Source: Mytilus edulis (taxonomy: Eukaryota). From it: a DNA stretch of 64,000 nucleotides. Every line of letters begins with the position of its first letter. Positions within the stretch are counted from its first letter, which is position 1. The stretch spans positions 54,622,001 through 54,686,000 of the forward strand of contig NC_092351.1 of the NCBI RefSeq assembly GCF_963676685.1, read 5' to 3'. A program made the translations under genes and the position numbers. The notes beneath the pieces were generated by a model, which searched no databases, was not told the DNA's origin, and saw only the letters and a program-made list of their open reading frames with translations. Positions 1-13,100 of the stretch are shown piece after piece.

Positions 1-573
1 GGTGTATTTGAATGTTTGTCGACAATTGTAATTTTTAATCTTGCCCTATTACATCTCTAGAAAAGGCTCAACCTTACTATATCCAATGTGTTCCAAGTCA
101 CTTAATTCCTGTAATTCAGCGGTTCTTGTTGAAAATGTTGATTGTTGTATTTCATTTTTGTTTTTTCATTTATGTATAAGCACAAGTCAGGTAGTCGTTT
201 TTCGTTTGAGTTGATTACAGCTCCTGTTGGGACAATTAAAAGCTTACCACATAGCAGGGTTTTGATTGTTATTGTTGGCCATAAATATCGCTATTTACAT
301 CTGCGTCGTTAGGTTTAGTGGATAGGGTATCATATGAAATTATTCTACTGTTAACCTTGTTTTAAATTGGTAAAGTCTTAATCATGTATCAGACACAATC
401 GTAAGGTTTCAAGTAGTCGATCAAATGGAGAATGAAAGAAAGAATATTGGAGTTTTATATAACTTTGCATTGATATGGATTACAGCAATTCTTTGTGTTA
501 TCATCCTTTCATACATTATATTGCATTTTTACAGATATAGTTGCCTGAGAGCATTTCAAATGTAATGTAATTA

Positions 574-908
574 GGAGATAACTGTATTGTATTTTAAGCT
601 CCGATGGCATCAATTGGGGATTTGATGGTCGCAAATTAAGTTTACTGGCGACGCGTTAGCGGAGACAGTAAACGGGTATTTGCGACCATCAAATCCCCAA
701 TTGATGCCGTCGGAGCTTAAAATACAATATTGTTATCTCCATTCTAATGAAACTGACAGAAAACAACGTTAAAACATGTTTTTAAAATCTGTCATATGCC
801 GTCTGCGCTTGCGCGTACGTCCCATAGCATCAATTGTCCATTGATGCCATGTAAGAAAGTGACGTTATCCAATCAAAATGAACGTTACAAACGTTGTTGC
901 ATTAGAAT
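574..908. mobile_element. Non-autonomous foldback DNA element: long hairpin (arms 574-636 / 678-740) followed by a second inverted-repeat block (741-749 / 900-908)
   Basis: GGAGATAAC...GGTCGCAAAT is nearly the exact reverse complement of ATTTGCGACC...GTTATCTCC. An inner GTTTACTG/CAGTAAAC stem surrounds GCGACGCGTTAGCGGAGA. Crypton-like family assignment is inference only. Confidence 0.7.
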
Positions 909-996
909 ATGATATTAACGATTGATATCAAAGTCAAAATTATTAGAAAGTACATATGAAAAGAAGTATTTTGTAAAACTACTTTATTGCAATTAC

Positions 997-1125
997 CTTG
1001 TGTTTCTAGTACAAACACAAATTGTGTAACCAAACCTGCATCTTTGAGTATTTTTTTCATTAATACCTTGACTGCTGTTTTCCGGTCATATGCTTCAATT
1101 TCAATTACCGTGTCGATAAAATCAT
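997..1125 (-). CDS. CARD-containing protein (RIG-I-like receptor type), coding exon 3; gene continues beyond the left edge of the window
   Basis: AG at 1127-1126, GTAATT donor at 996; phase 1-1; reads (D)DFIDTVIEIEAYDRKTAVKVLMKKILKDAGLVTQFVFVLETQ(G), like the second half of an RLR CARD. Confidence 0.72.
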
Positions 1126-1545
1126 CTACAAAATTGATATAAAATGAAATGCTTCATCTTTCACCGTTATTGAAAACTCTTACTCAATATATTATATCGG
1201 GTTTACTAATGACTTGGAATAGAGTATTATAGTTCAATCTTTTATCAAACGTATGAAAGATCATCGATATAATAATTCATAACTATATAAACAATTGTTG
1301 CAATGAACGCCCTATTACAATTACATTAAGAAGAAGCAACTTTGTACGCGTTTCACTCTGACCTATCTGTGACGTTCGTATCAAAATCGTTGAAAGGCAA
1401 TATCACATTCGAAGTGGGAGAGCTCTAAAACCGTGAAAAAAGTATTTGGTGTCAAATAAACCTTACACTATGCTGGTATATACGCAAAAAAAACAAACCA
1501 ACATTTTAGCATTTCTACCTCTATAAACAGTCAAAGAACGCTTAA

Positions 1546-2170
1546 GGGCATACGATACAGTTTTGATTCCGTATTTACAGGTTGATGAAAATTTCCATAT
1601 AGAATAGGCTATTTTTTGCCTGATTAAATCAAATATGTAATAAAAAATATACCTTCATGTGCTACTTTTTGAGTTAAATGAAGTAGAAATTTTGTATATT
1701 TGCTCAAAATTCGGATTTGTGGCCGTATTTTATCTTTCGAAAGAATGACATAACTTTTTTGTTTTAAAAGATAAACATAAATTGTTTTTTGTTAAATAAT
1801 TTGTAATTTCTGTACGTGATAAGTATCCTAAAAATTTTTGCTTTTTTTATTCAGAAATAACTCATATTTATCAAATGGTCATGAATTGAGAAAAAAACCG
1901 TTATTTTTTGCTGTATATTTATCAATATTAAAAAAAATGCACTATTTACAGTTTTACAAAATTTGGTCCACATAATCTCACTACAAAATGAAACAAAATG
2001 TCGTTTTCAAAAATAGGGGTCCATGCACTCGTTTTCAAATTAAATCAGTTTGATTGATAAAAATCAGTCGAAAAATGCATCTTTTCCCGATATGTCATAG
2101 TTTGACGTCGTGAAAATAACATTTTACGTTAGCAACGTCATTACCTCCCCTGTAACTGTATCGTATGCCC
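1546..2170. mobile_element. Kolobok-type MITE
   Basis: 17-bp perfect TIRs GGGCATACGATACAGTT / AACTGTATCGTATGCCC flanked by TTAA on both sides; purine-purine 5' terminus with a TTAA target fits Kolobok. Confidence 0.8.
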
Positions 2171-2700
2171 TTAAAAGGCTGATAGTACCGTCGGGTAAAA
2201 AACTGATACCAGCAATTGTGGTTGAAAAAAATGTTTGCAAACAGTTTTCAACGTTTCTGTTTTTCATTATATCAGTATCTAATAGCGATACATCTGTTTT
2301 TGTTATTCCTATGTTCATAAAACTTTAAACCTTTGAATGGATAATTTGTTATCCATTATAGCATAACGTTCAAAGACACTAAACCGGTTTTGTGGTATAA
2401 TTTAATCTTCCGTTTATAGCTGTATGTATATATTGCTATGTCGAAGTATGAACTAATTTACATCATGTGACGATGAACAATAAGGTAATCTTTTTTCAAT
2501 ACTATATATCTATGTCCACATCATTTGTTTCTTTTTTGTTTTTGGGATTACCTAATTTTTCATCGTCACATGTAAAATAAAGGCAATATTAACCGATGAA
2601 CTATATGCTATCCTAAACTTTAACTATATTTCGGCTTAATATGAAGGATAGCATTTGTTATGTACAATGCAATTTATATTATTTGTATTTATTTACTCAC

Positions 2701-2818
2701 CGTTAAGTCCTTGAATATCAAAAATTACATCCGATGGTCTAAGAAATTCTATAAAAGCTTGCTTCAAGGATGAAACTCTATCTCGTAAGTCCTCTTGCGA
2801 TCTTGGAATCTGTGTTGA
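2701..2818 (-). CDS. CARD-containing protein (RIG-I-like receptor type), coding exon 2
   Basis: TTTTCATTTAG acceptor, GTGAGT donor; phase 0-1; STQIPRSQEDLRDRVSSLKQAFIEFLRPSDVIFDIQGLN, resembling CARD helices 1-2 (compare RIG-I LQAFQDYIRKTLDPTYIL). Confidence 0.72.
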
Positions 2819-2899
2819 CTAAATGAAAAATAAAATTGGTAATCTGAACATAATATTACTATAATTAATTGCATTTAATAAAACCGTCCACCAGTTTGA

Positions 2900-3982
2900 A
2901 ACGATGAACTATGTCCTCATTACGCTTCTACAACGATCCCGCTACGATTATACCACGTTTTCACAACGCCTTTTCTACGATTATCAGGATCTTTCTATGC
3001 AGATCCCGTTTTCACTACGACTACTAGCACACCACGAATTATTCGATAGCAGCACGATCTTACCACGCTTGTACTGCGCGCGATTATAGCACGTTTTTAC
3101 CACGATTATACTACGTTCATACCACGAACTTGCTACGTTCTCAACAATAACGTCAGTATCATGTTCCTTATAAATACTAGGCCATTCCTTCTATTTCTGA
3201 TTAATACGTAGATTTCTCGGTAACAATACAGTCATGCCAACAAAATCTACCAGAACACGTGGACGGGGTTGGGGTAGCTCTGATAGTAACGAATCCTGAT
3301 CCAGAAAAGATGTCGGACCGACCCATCCAACCTAAAATACAACCTTTTGCTGGTCCATTTAGCTCAAATGACGATATTCTAGTGAACGATAGCAGATATG
3401 ACACAGATGTGTTAAGCAAGGTTGAGCCGTTAGAGAAAATTGACAGGAGGTCCTAATAACATAATTAATATTTTATGTTAAAAGGACAATGAGAATAATG
3501 GTCGAAGCATGAACGTAGTCAGGTCGTAAAAAGAGCGTGATGATGACAGCATGGGCGTGCTAGAATCGTACCATGGTACAGCGTGGTGTAAACGTGATAA
3601 AGACGTAATGGAAGCGCAGTTGGGTGGCGGTGATAACGTGATGGTCGTAGTGAGGTCGTTATAACTTCACTGTGAGATTGTAGTGCAGTCTCTCCGAATA
3701 GAATCACGCTTTCGCTACGCCCTCTCTTCGCTCTCGCTGTGATGATACAGCGACCTTTGCGATATTACCACGACCTTAGTGAGCTCACTAAGCTTCTTCT
3801 TCGACCTGATTTCACCATGACCCCACCATGATTGGTTAGAACATGTTCAAAGTTTGCCATGTTTATTACGATCTTGAAGACCACAGCACGACTGTGATAA
3901 GACCTTACCACAGTACGATCGTCAAAATTTGCATTTTCTTTTCACAGATCGTAGTGCGATCGTGACCTAGTGGGACTGCTAT
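2900..3982. mobile_element. Left-truncated non-autonomous DNA transposon (PIF/Harbinger-like) with subterminal CACGAT/CTACGA repeats
   Basis: GC-richer island with many short CACGA/TCGTG motifs in opposite orientations; right terminus ...GATCGTGACCTAGTGGGACTGCTATA; left TIR not seen. Confidence 0.45.
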
Positions 3983-4131
3983 ATAAAGGTTAAAGTCAGT
4001 ATGTGATGAAAAATCGCATAAGTCGATGTACCTTAGATAAAAAATAAATATTTTTCACATTTGGAATGGCTCAATGCGGGTAAAATCGGACATAGTTGCA
4101 AAACTGTATACATCAAACCAAAACTGCTTAA

Positions 4132-4451
4132 TATAAAAAAGAAGATGTGGTATGATTGCCAATGAGACAACTATCCACAAAAGACCAAAATGACACAGAC
4201 ATTAACAACTATAGGTCACAGTACGGCCTTCAACAATGAGCAAAGCCCATACCGCATAGTCAGCTATAAAAGGCCCCGATAAGATAATGTAAAACAATTT
4301 AAACGAGAAAACTAACGGCCTTATTTATGTAAAAAAAAATGAACAAAAAACAAAAATGTAACACATAAACAAACGACAACCACTGAATATACAGGCTCCT
4401 GACTTGGGACAGGCACATACATAAATAATGCGGCGGGGTTTCACATGTTAG
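4132..4451 (-). mobile_element. 3'-end fragment of a second Penelope-like (Naiad-type) family, with partial twister core at 4393-4450
   Basis: Shares the CCCCGCC...GCCTGTCCCAAGTCAGGAGCC module with the RT-bearing element at 23035-23125. The same 3' end (GTTGTCTCATTGGCAATCATACCACATCTTC) recurs at about 17949-18222, 41160-41295 and 44905-44990. Confidence 0.65.
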
Positions 4452-7369
4452 AAAGTATATTTCAGTTTTGATATTATTGTACCTTTCATTTAAACTAAGA
4501 CAACACAACAATATCATGTCGTTTGTCTGTTTGTAAAGTTTACTTCCAACTGGCTCTCAGTATAAATCAAGATGTGTAGCAGAGCTATTGTTTTCTATGT
4601 TATTCCCCTTTAAAAGTTTAATGTTTGTTTTGCTCAATTTTCAGATTTGTTTGCAGTGTATTGCGTATATTTGTATATTTAAAAAAAAATTAAAACAATA
4701 CCTTAAAAACACATTTAACTCATTTTTATTTTATGACTTTAATGTAGAATCTTTCATAGAAAATGTCAGAATCGTGGTAGCAATATATCCTTCCACTCAT
4801 TTCTTGTGTTTAAACTGATTGAGAACGTTGTAATTTGAATCAAGATGTAAGTCTTAGTAAGGAAGAAACTGTTTATGATTTAATACTTTGTAAGATCTAT
4901 ATACATTTCATCCTAGGTTTCCCCAGTTTGGACACACCCCTTAGTACATTATATACTTACGGATCTCAGTTGGTATTGTGTTATCCTAGCGTATATGAAT
5001 TGTCGATGTCAAATTTTTGTAGAGCAGATCATTTTTATCGAACAGTTAAAAACCTAGACTTTTATAACGAATTGCCCAATTGGACGTTAATTGCTCATTA
5101 ATGTTCTGGACATTCCAGATTGTCCAGAAAGGCTATTTCATATTGTAGAAGTTTTAATGATGCTTTCATATTTTAATGTTTTCTGGGGGAAGGTTTATTT
5201 TTGTGCTTTAGTCGTTTTTGAAGAGTATGACGATTATTGTTCTACTTATGGGTTTGTATATTCTTAGCAGCTGATTTTCTTTTCTGTTCTTCTGTGTATA
5301 TTAGAACATTGATAAATGTTTTTTTCTAAGACGTATGATTTGATGGTTGCCGAATTGGTTTTTTTCTAACTATTTTTTTCCAGATATTTTAAAAATTGTA
5401 TTCATAAAAATCTTTTCTAAAACTGAGTAACGAAAAAGTGTTCTAATAATTAAAAAAACCCCTATCATTTTACATAGTTTTTGAAAGGAAGACTTACCAT
5501 GCACAACAGATTACTCCAAAAGGTACTTACATTATCAATAATTGATTTAAATAAATTTAATAATATATCACTTTGCTCGTGTTCAGATATCAAAAGAGAA
5601 ATCTCGGAAAATTGGCATTTTTTCAGAGAATTTTTAAAGCATAAAGTATGTTTGTTAGATAATCTTGACATACATTTTTGATACTTTTTTCAAACATTTT
5701 TCAAATTAAAAATCACATGCAATATATTAGATGAATCTGTAAAAATACATTATAAATACATAACAATGATATGTTGTTCTGTTGAGAGAAAAAAAAACCA
5801 TAAGTCACATCTTTTGCAATGATTAAAAATTTACGATTAAGTTTAAAATAAATAAAATATAAATATTGGTGGGGTTTTCAAATCAGTTAAAACGGTGAAA
5901 TACTATTTCTTGTTAACAGAAACAAAATGTGTCTTACAATATAAAATTATAATCCTGGTATATATGATGAGTTTGTTTGCATATTTTTAAAAATATTTTC
6001 TGACGGTTGTTTTCCATTTGTTTGATGTGTTTGAGCTGTTGATTTTTTTTATTTGAATAGTGTTCTATTATAAATGATTCCCATGTCCCAATATATGAGA
6101 TTGGGATTGAAAAGCATCTCCAAACCTCGTTACTTTGATAACATATCAAAATCATTTAAATTAGGAACTTATCGTTTTGAATTTTCATCGGAGTTCAGTA
6201 TTATTATGATTTTACACTAACATTACATAACATGTCAGATATATAAAAGAAATAGCTCCTTAAAGGGACATCAGCTACAACTTTGTCAGAATGTAAAGGT
6301 ACAATGTAACATAACGTCAAATATTCTTATGAAACAGGATATGCTTACTGTTTCGTATTACCTGAGATCATGGCCAAGTGTTGGTGGGGTTCGTACTGCT
6401 CAGTCTTTAGCTTTATGTGTTTGTGTTTTGTGTTATTTTGTTTGTCTGGTTACATTGCCTTATGCAATTGAATGCCCTCTATTGTCATCGTCTGTCTTTT
6501 ATCGTCGTTGCTTCAAAGTTTTATAATAATACAATATTGAAACAATGTCTATAAGTTTATATTCCTAATCGCATTGGATTACTTGCTTATTGGCATAATG
6601 CGGGGAGCACAAACGGTCCGTTTGCATTTTCGAAGGGACTTAAATAACAAACAAATAAAACAATGTTTGCCACATCAACTTTGATTTATGTTGGTATTTG
6701 TTTTTTGAAACTCTATGGACTGGTTGTGTATATGCACAGGGAATAAGAATGTTCAAGTGACGCATTGAATGTATTCCAATAGCAGTTTTTTAATATAATT
6801 TTTATACCTAATTCCTGTACTTTATTGTTATTATTTATTGCTTCATTACAAGGAACAATACAATCTAACGAGGCAATATCCTTTGGTTGATAGTTGATTC
6901 ATTTGTAATGTCTTTTTTATGTATTATGTATGAGGTAATTTTGGTTTTATTTAACTTGTTTTCATTATAACTAGAGTACCTTCTTGGGAACTTATAAAAA
7001 GTACCTTACTCCAATAACCATGCATTACATTTGAATGAATGATTTTTTCGGGTGTTTAAAAGAAATTAGTTTTTTGACAACTAGTTTTTACGCTGACTGA
7101 TTGTTAATATGAATGCTACTAGACCAACATATTTTGATTTTCTATTATGGTTCCATGCAGAATATTTACTGTCTACAAAATTGTCAGTTTATGCTGCTTC
7201 AACAGAATAAATAACTTAACACATGTCTCAACCCTAGCTTAATCACACATATATATTATTGACTAGCTTCTAGATTACAAAATGTCGTATAGGTTATGGT
7301 GGCATATATTTATGTTCATATATATTGATAAATATATGGAAATTAGTTAACATTTTCCAAATAATATAC

Positions 7370-7447
7370 CTGTATATTATGTCCATGTTGTAAGCTGGTT
7401 TCCCCAGAAACATCCTTTTCATACTGTAGGAACATATTTGATGCCAT
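7370..7447 (-). CDS. CARD-containing protein (RIG-I-like receptor type), probable first coding exon
   Basis: ATG at 7447; MASNMFLQYEKDVSGETSLQHGHNIQ then CAG|GTATAT donor; phase 0 matches exon 2818-2701. Confidence 0.55.
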
Positions 7448-7475
7448 AACCGAATATTGCTACGCTTGAACAACA

Positions 7476-7487
7476 GCTTCGGTTTCT
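7476..7487 (-). promoter_or_regulatory. ISRE/IRF-element-like motif AGAAACCGAAGC about 30 nt upstream of the CARD gene ATG
   Basis: One mismatch to GAAANNGAAA; position next to a putative RLR start. Short motif, could be chance. Confidence 0.35.
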
Positions 7488-9924
7488 CAGCTGTAGATAC
7501 TTCCCATTTTCTTACTCATCACACTCATCTGACTTCTTGTACTTAAATTTGACAAAAAGACTTAAAGATCTATGGACATTAACAATATAGCCGACTGAGT
7601 ATAGATGTCATCGAAATGCATTTGTTCATACTTAGTCTCAAATAGAAAAGCTCATTTGATAAAAGATGTGATTTTAAAATTGTGTTCTAAAGATTTAACT
7701 ATTAAATCTAGAACTTTGTTTACAGTTATAAATGAAATATCAAGTTCTATAAGTAAGGAAATACTGTTTTTAATTAATCTCAGAAAACAAATAGGATAGA
7801 GTTGAAAAACTTAAACATGAAAAATTAAATTACAGTAAAAATATATAGGAAGTTCTATTTTTGACAAAAGGGAAGGATATTTTTTTTCTCTTTTTCTAAT
7901 TGATTTAATAAATGCGTTCCCGTTAAACTATCTGGACTCCGTAAAAACATCGATACTCAGAGATTGAAGGAGAAAGAGGCAAACAAATATTGTTGATGGT
8001 ATCTTAAATGGTGTCTAGGCTGATAAAAAGAAGTAATGATATATGTAACTTCCCTCCGAAAATTGTGATACACGTATCAGCAACTCCGAAACACTTATTC
8101 ACAACGTTTAATATACAACTGTGATAAAAATTTTATCAAAGAAAATTAGATTTCTATTCCGAAAAAGACCCTTTGTATAACATCTTGAAAATCATTAATT
8201 TCATAAGGTAAAATTACTCAAGTCATTCGACGTATTTCAATTACGAACTAATGTTCACAAATACTAAAATAACAAGTCATTCACAAATTATCCCATGTCG
8301 AATGCCATGTTTAATGTATAGGTGGAAGTTCTTAAGGCTTTTATTAACAAAGACTCATTTCCTTTTGACTTCAATTTTTTAGGACTTCTGGAATGAATAT
8401 TTAGATGAAATCGGTTAATTAAGTTAGCGCTATGATATGTAGTTTCCGAAAAAAATTATTTGCGAACGCCATAGTTATAAAGACATAATTTCTAGCATAA
8501 CTTTAAAAGGTTTCAATTTTCAAACAATTAACCGCATCCGATCATAGCAAAAACTCCACAAAAATAATATTTGATAAGCAAAATTTAAACTACACTTTGA
8601 ATCAAATAGAAACAGAAAGTAAATCTAACCCTTCTTTGTAAATTAAAACAACAGTATACTTCAATGTATTTAATGATATCATATGAAGCATGGTATTTTG
8701 AATTAAGTATTTATAGAAATAAATATTGATATTTTCTATTTGAATGTGTATCCATTTCGGTTTGAAAATGGGTGACGACTAAATTCATATTTTACAATGT
8801 GTAGAAGTGGTATTTTTTTAGTAACTAAGGAGCCATTCATAATATACCTTTCCAATTTAGCGCAGAATTTGAGAGCTTTCATAACAACTGTTTAATATAG
8901 GACAATTTTTGTCGCATGATCATAAACTTTCTTTTGCAGTAATGAATTCTGACATCTATAGTCACAGGAACTTGTACCCATTTTTTCTAATGAAAGTTAA
9001 TTCATTCTTTGAGGTCCTATGGAAAACACATAACACATAACTGTGCTTGTTTAACCTAATGTTATTAAATTATGAATAGACAGATATGTTTTTCTTTCAT
9101 ACACCCTAATCTGAAAGAGATCAATGTATTGCTATGTACTTATCATCGATTAAAAGTGTTACCTGAATTAGACTTTATCCTCACAAATGATTTGTTGTAT
9201 GTGAATTTGTCCTGCACTGTGAAGTTTTAAACTCGTATTTCTTACATAATTTCAATGATTATACTATCCTAACAATAGCATGAAGATATTTGAAAAGCGA
9301 TTACTTCAATCTATTGTTGATGATTATTGACCTCATTATCAAATGTACAACAGACTATAAAATATCTTTCAAAAGACTGTCTATACCTATGGGTAACCCT
9401 GTAATCTGAGTATTTTAAATAATTCAAGATTTATACACAGCGAATGTATATAGTGGCCCACTTTTAGGATTCTTAATTATTTTTCTTTAATAAGTCCGAT
9501 AACCAACATCAATCCAAACTGACATTAAAACCTGCTTTAATATCATTTGTAGAAGCGGAAGATATATAGAGCTGATAATGTAATTTAAATCAATGATATA
9601 TGTAGTTTTAAAATTATGTAAACTATTGTATATATTTAATCATTTTATAGTCTCTCATAATTCGAAATAGTATGCCACTTGTATATGTTTAAGTTATAAG
9701 CTTACGCTATTTTACGGTTAGTTTTAATATACGATATGTTTTATATATGTATATATGTGAATATGTTTTATATAATGTATGTTGTCGGATACTTGATGAC
9801 AAATAGCGTTTGACGTCTTTGACCGACCAGTTTTATAATTTGTATTACTTTATTGTGCTGGATCATATTCTGGACGTCAGTCTTTGCAAGTCAGTCTGAC
9901 ACATTCCCCATTTCCATTCTTCCA

Positions 9925-10110
9925 TGACTTGGGACAGGCACCTACATAAATAATGTGGCGGGGTTAAACATGTTAGCGGGGTTCCAAACCTCCCTCAACA
10001 TGGGACAGTGGAATAACAGTACAACATAAGAACGAAATAAAAATTGTTGAAAAAGACTTAACTCATGAGATGGACAAACAATACAAGTGGACGTGGCCGA
10101 GTACTTGTAA
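9925..10110 (-). mobile_element. Degenerate Naiad family-2 fragment with twister-like core
   Basis: Minus strand GGGAGGTTTGGAACCCCGCTAACATGTTTAACCCCGCCAC...GTGCCTGTCCCAAGTCA; abuts an oppositely oriented family-1 3' tip at 9895-9921. Confidence 0.55.
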
Positions 10111-13100
10111 GTCTGTCGAGAATCCGTCTATATATTTTGGAATTGTTCTTTACACGTATTCACAGGGGCTTTTAATTCCATGAAATACGTGCAAAATTTA
10201 ATACATGTAAAATAAGCCTCATTGTAAGAACTTGCCATTTATTAGATACGAGTGAAGACTTTATCCATGAATAAACTTTGATACAAGTTATTTTAGCAAT
10301 CTTAAACTAATTATAATGTACCTGACCTTATCAAACCGCTCAACATGAACACATAAACTTATTTCCTTCAAATATTTATTGATTATTTTTACTACAATAT
10401 ACCAAATCCACAAGGAGAAAATTGGCACTTTCGGTATGATTCTCTGATTACCTTCAGATAAGTTTGACGAATATTTAAAAACAAAATCCTTTGAAGATCA
10501 GTTAATTATATTTATATAATTTAAAAACCTTGCTTATTTTAATCATCTCTTTACTTTGTAAGCTACGTCATTAACAAGAGCAAAATCTAGCTTAGTTATC
10601 AAGTCGAACAAGAAGTAAATTCATAGTGATGTGTTTTAACAAAATTGAATTTATTCAAAGGCAAATTCTTGTCAAATTTAATCATACTTGATCCTTAAGT
10701 AAAATGCACAAGATTTGTCCAAACAACTTTCATTTCATTACTGAGGTTAATATCCAATTATTCAGGCAAAATACAATACTTTGTTTATAAATTTGTAAAG
10801 CAGCTGAAGCCCCATTTGTCTCTCTCAAAAAGTTTACTTTCAACATTTAAAAGTGCTACTAGCTGTGCTAGCTATCCCAATAATTGAACTTTATTATAAC
10901 AATGATTTTAAAATTTAAAATGATGTCACTTTCATTTACAGTATTATTTTTGATAGAAATTTCTGTCAAAATTTTTGGTAAACTTATCCTTTTTCTGTAA
11001 CATTAGGATATTTTCTAGGCAGTACTGTAAAGTTTAACTAAGAAACAAAGGCTTGAGTTAAAAGTTTTTTTTTACTTTGAAGAAACTTATTTTTTTACTC
11101 TTGGTCCCACTTTATAGAATATAAAATAATAATGATCAGTATAATTTATTATTTTCATAATAGACATTTCCACAAAGATTTTTCTAATTGTATAAAATAT
11201 GTTTTATTGCATTTAAAAAAAAATATAAGAAGTGTTTTAGAATAAATTCTACAAGAAGTGATCCCATATATAAACCTTTATAAACATTGCAAAATGAATT
11301 TTATCAGCCAGAGCTAACTTATATAAAAAAAGCTAAAATAAATATAAATATGTTTAAATAACTTAATTTTTACTCATATTTTGTCTTTTAATTTTTACAT
11401 TTAATCCTATCTCTGAAAAGCAGGGAAGTACTTCTTCATATTATAATAGCAATGTTGCAATCGAATTTCATTTATTTTTCCACCTTTGTTTTGGTAAAGT
11501 AAACTGCTCTTTATTCATTTTGCTGAGTTTTTATTTTTGACTTGCGATATCAAGGGGAGGTAACTCCTTGCACATTCGACAAAAAAAACATCGCTTCGTC
11601 GAAAATAACTTGACGTTTGCGTATCCAAAATTCAATTGGGTAGATATTCATATCGAGTGTTTGTCTTAATGAGATGTGTCATAAGATTTAAATTCAGTCC
11701 ATCATTTTTAGTTTCCTGGAAAATATTTAGGTTTTTCGATCAGGAGACTTGACAATTTTTACACAAACTTCAAGTTTGAAGATAAAATAAAGAATGATTG
11801 ACTTTGATTTAATGTGTAAGTTTTGACGAGTTAAAACTATGATTATTGAAGATTATTTGGATCAATAAGTTTTTATTACGACAGTGGTATTTAGTGAGTA
11901 AAAATGAGGTTTGTCTCATCCGTAGTTTTACTGAATTTTCACGGCCACATGAGTCTATTGTTGATGATAGACTTGGGGTCAAACCGTGACCTGCTTTCCA
12001 ACTGCTAGGGTAAAGATAAATTGCTTCATTAATAAAACTAGTAATGTTGCTAATTCTTTATTTTTATTCGATGATAAGTCTCATTAAATATTCAATAATG
12101 AATTTGTATAAATAAACATCTGGTTGACCCCTTAGATTTATTATTCTTTGTGATTTTCAAAAGTCTCTATTTCGTGACTGACATACGATACAGTTTCTTT
12201 GTGTTGATAAGATGCTTCATACATGTGAAACTATATTACATTGTATTCCGCTGTATACTTCTTTTCGTTGATTTCGGTGTAACAACAGAAACGCAAATTC
12301 AAATATCTAAGGAACGACATATTCTCAAAGAAGTTACACATCAACAAATTGCAAGTTTTTTTGAATCCATAAAGTTGATACCTACGAAAATGAATAAATA
12401 CACTGTATTAGAGGCAATGCGTGCTGGAACAACAGTCTTTTTGAATTTCATTTTGCTTCCAAACTTTAAATTTGGGGCTTTTCACAGTCGGAAAGCTGAC
12501 CCCGGTTTGACCCCATTTCTTAAAGCAACAATGGACGTCATGTGATTACAATATATTGGCATTTTTTTACCAAAAAAAGTGAAGCCCGTTTTTTGAAATT
12601 TGTAGTATTTTGCATGAATTTAAACAAATTTCCTATTTAGTGAACATTCTTGAGTATATAAGACATATATTACTCAACTCAATTATGGATTAAACTAATT
12701 TTTTTCTCTCAAAATGTGTCTAAAGTCAAGGTGTTGACGAAAAAAATTGGTCACAGAAAATTAAAACCGTAATTTTCTTTCTTAACATCTCGGGAAGCTA
12801 TGCTGAATTTAAATTATGTTAAGTAACAAAACTTGGACTTTGATATGTCAAATGTGTGCCACTTGATACGCTAAGATACGCGTATGTGCCACTTCGGTGT
12901 GTCGATATTTCTGACGAAGCGAGTCCGATGGTAATTCACGAGTTACGTCCCTTTGTTTGACATTATCATGAACAAACTATTATTATATCAAGCACCATAT
13001 GCTGTTATTTACATGTGGATATTATTAAATAAAGGCAACAGTAGTATACCGCTATTCAAAACTCATAAACTCATGGAAAAAAAAACAAAATCGGGGTAAT

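Noticed and set aside
997-1005. 9-nt microexon (AG-AAACACAAG-GT)
   Set aside because: The frame reads openly from 1125 to 997 and gives a coherent CARD-like sequence; a 61-nt intron is unnecessary.
2110-13000. Short ORF-track entries (60-131 aa) here and elsewhere as genes
   Set aside because: Low-complexity translations without motifs or splice support, mostly within MITEs or AT-rich introns.
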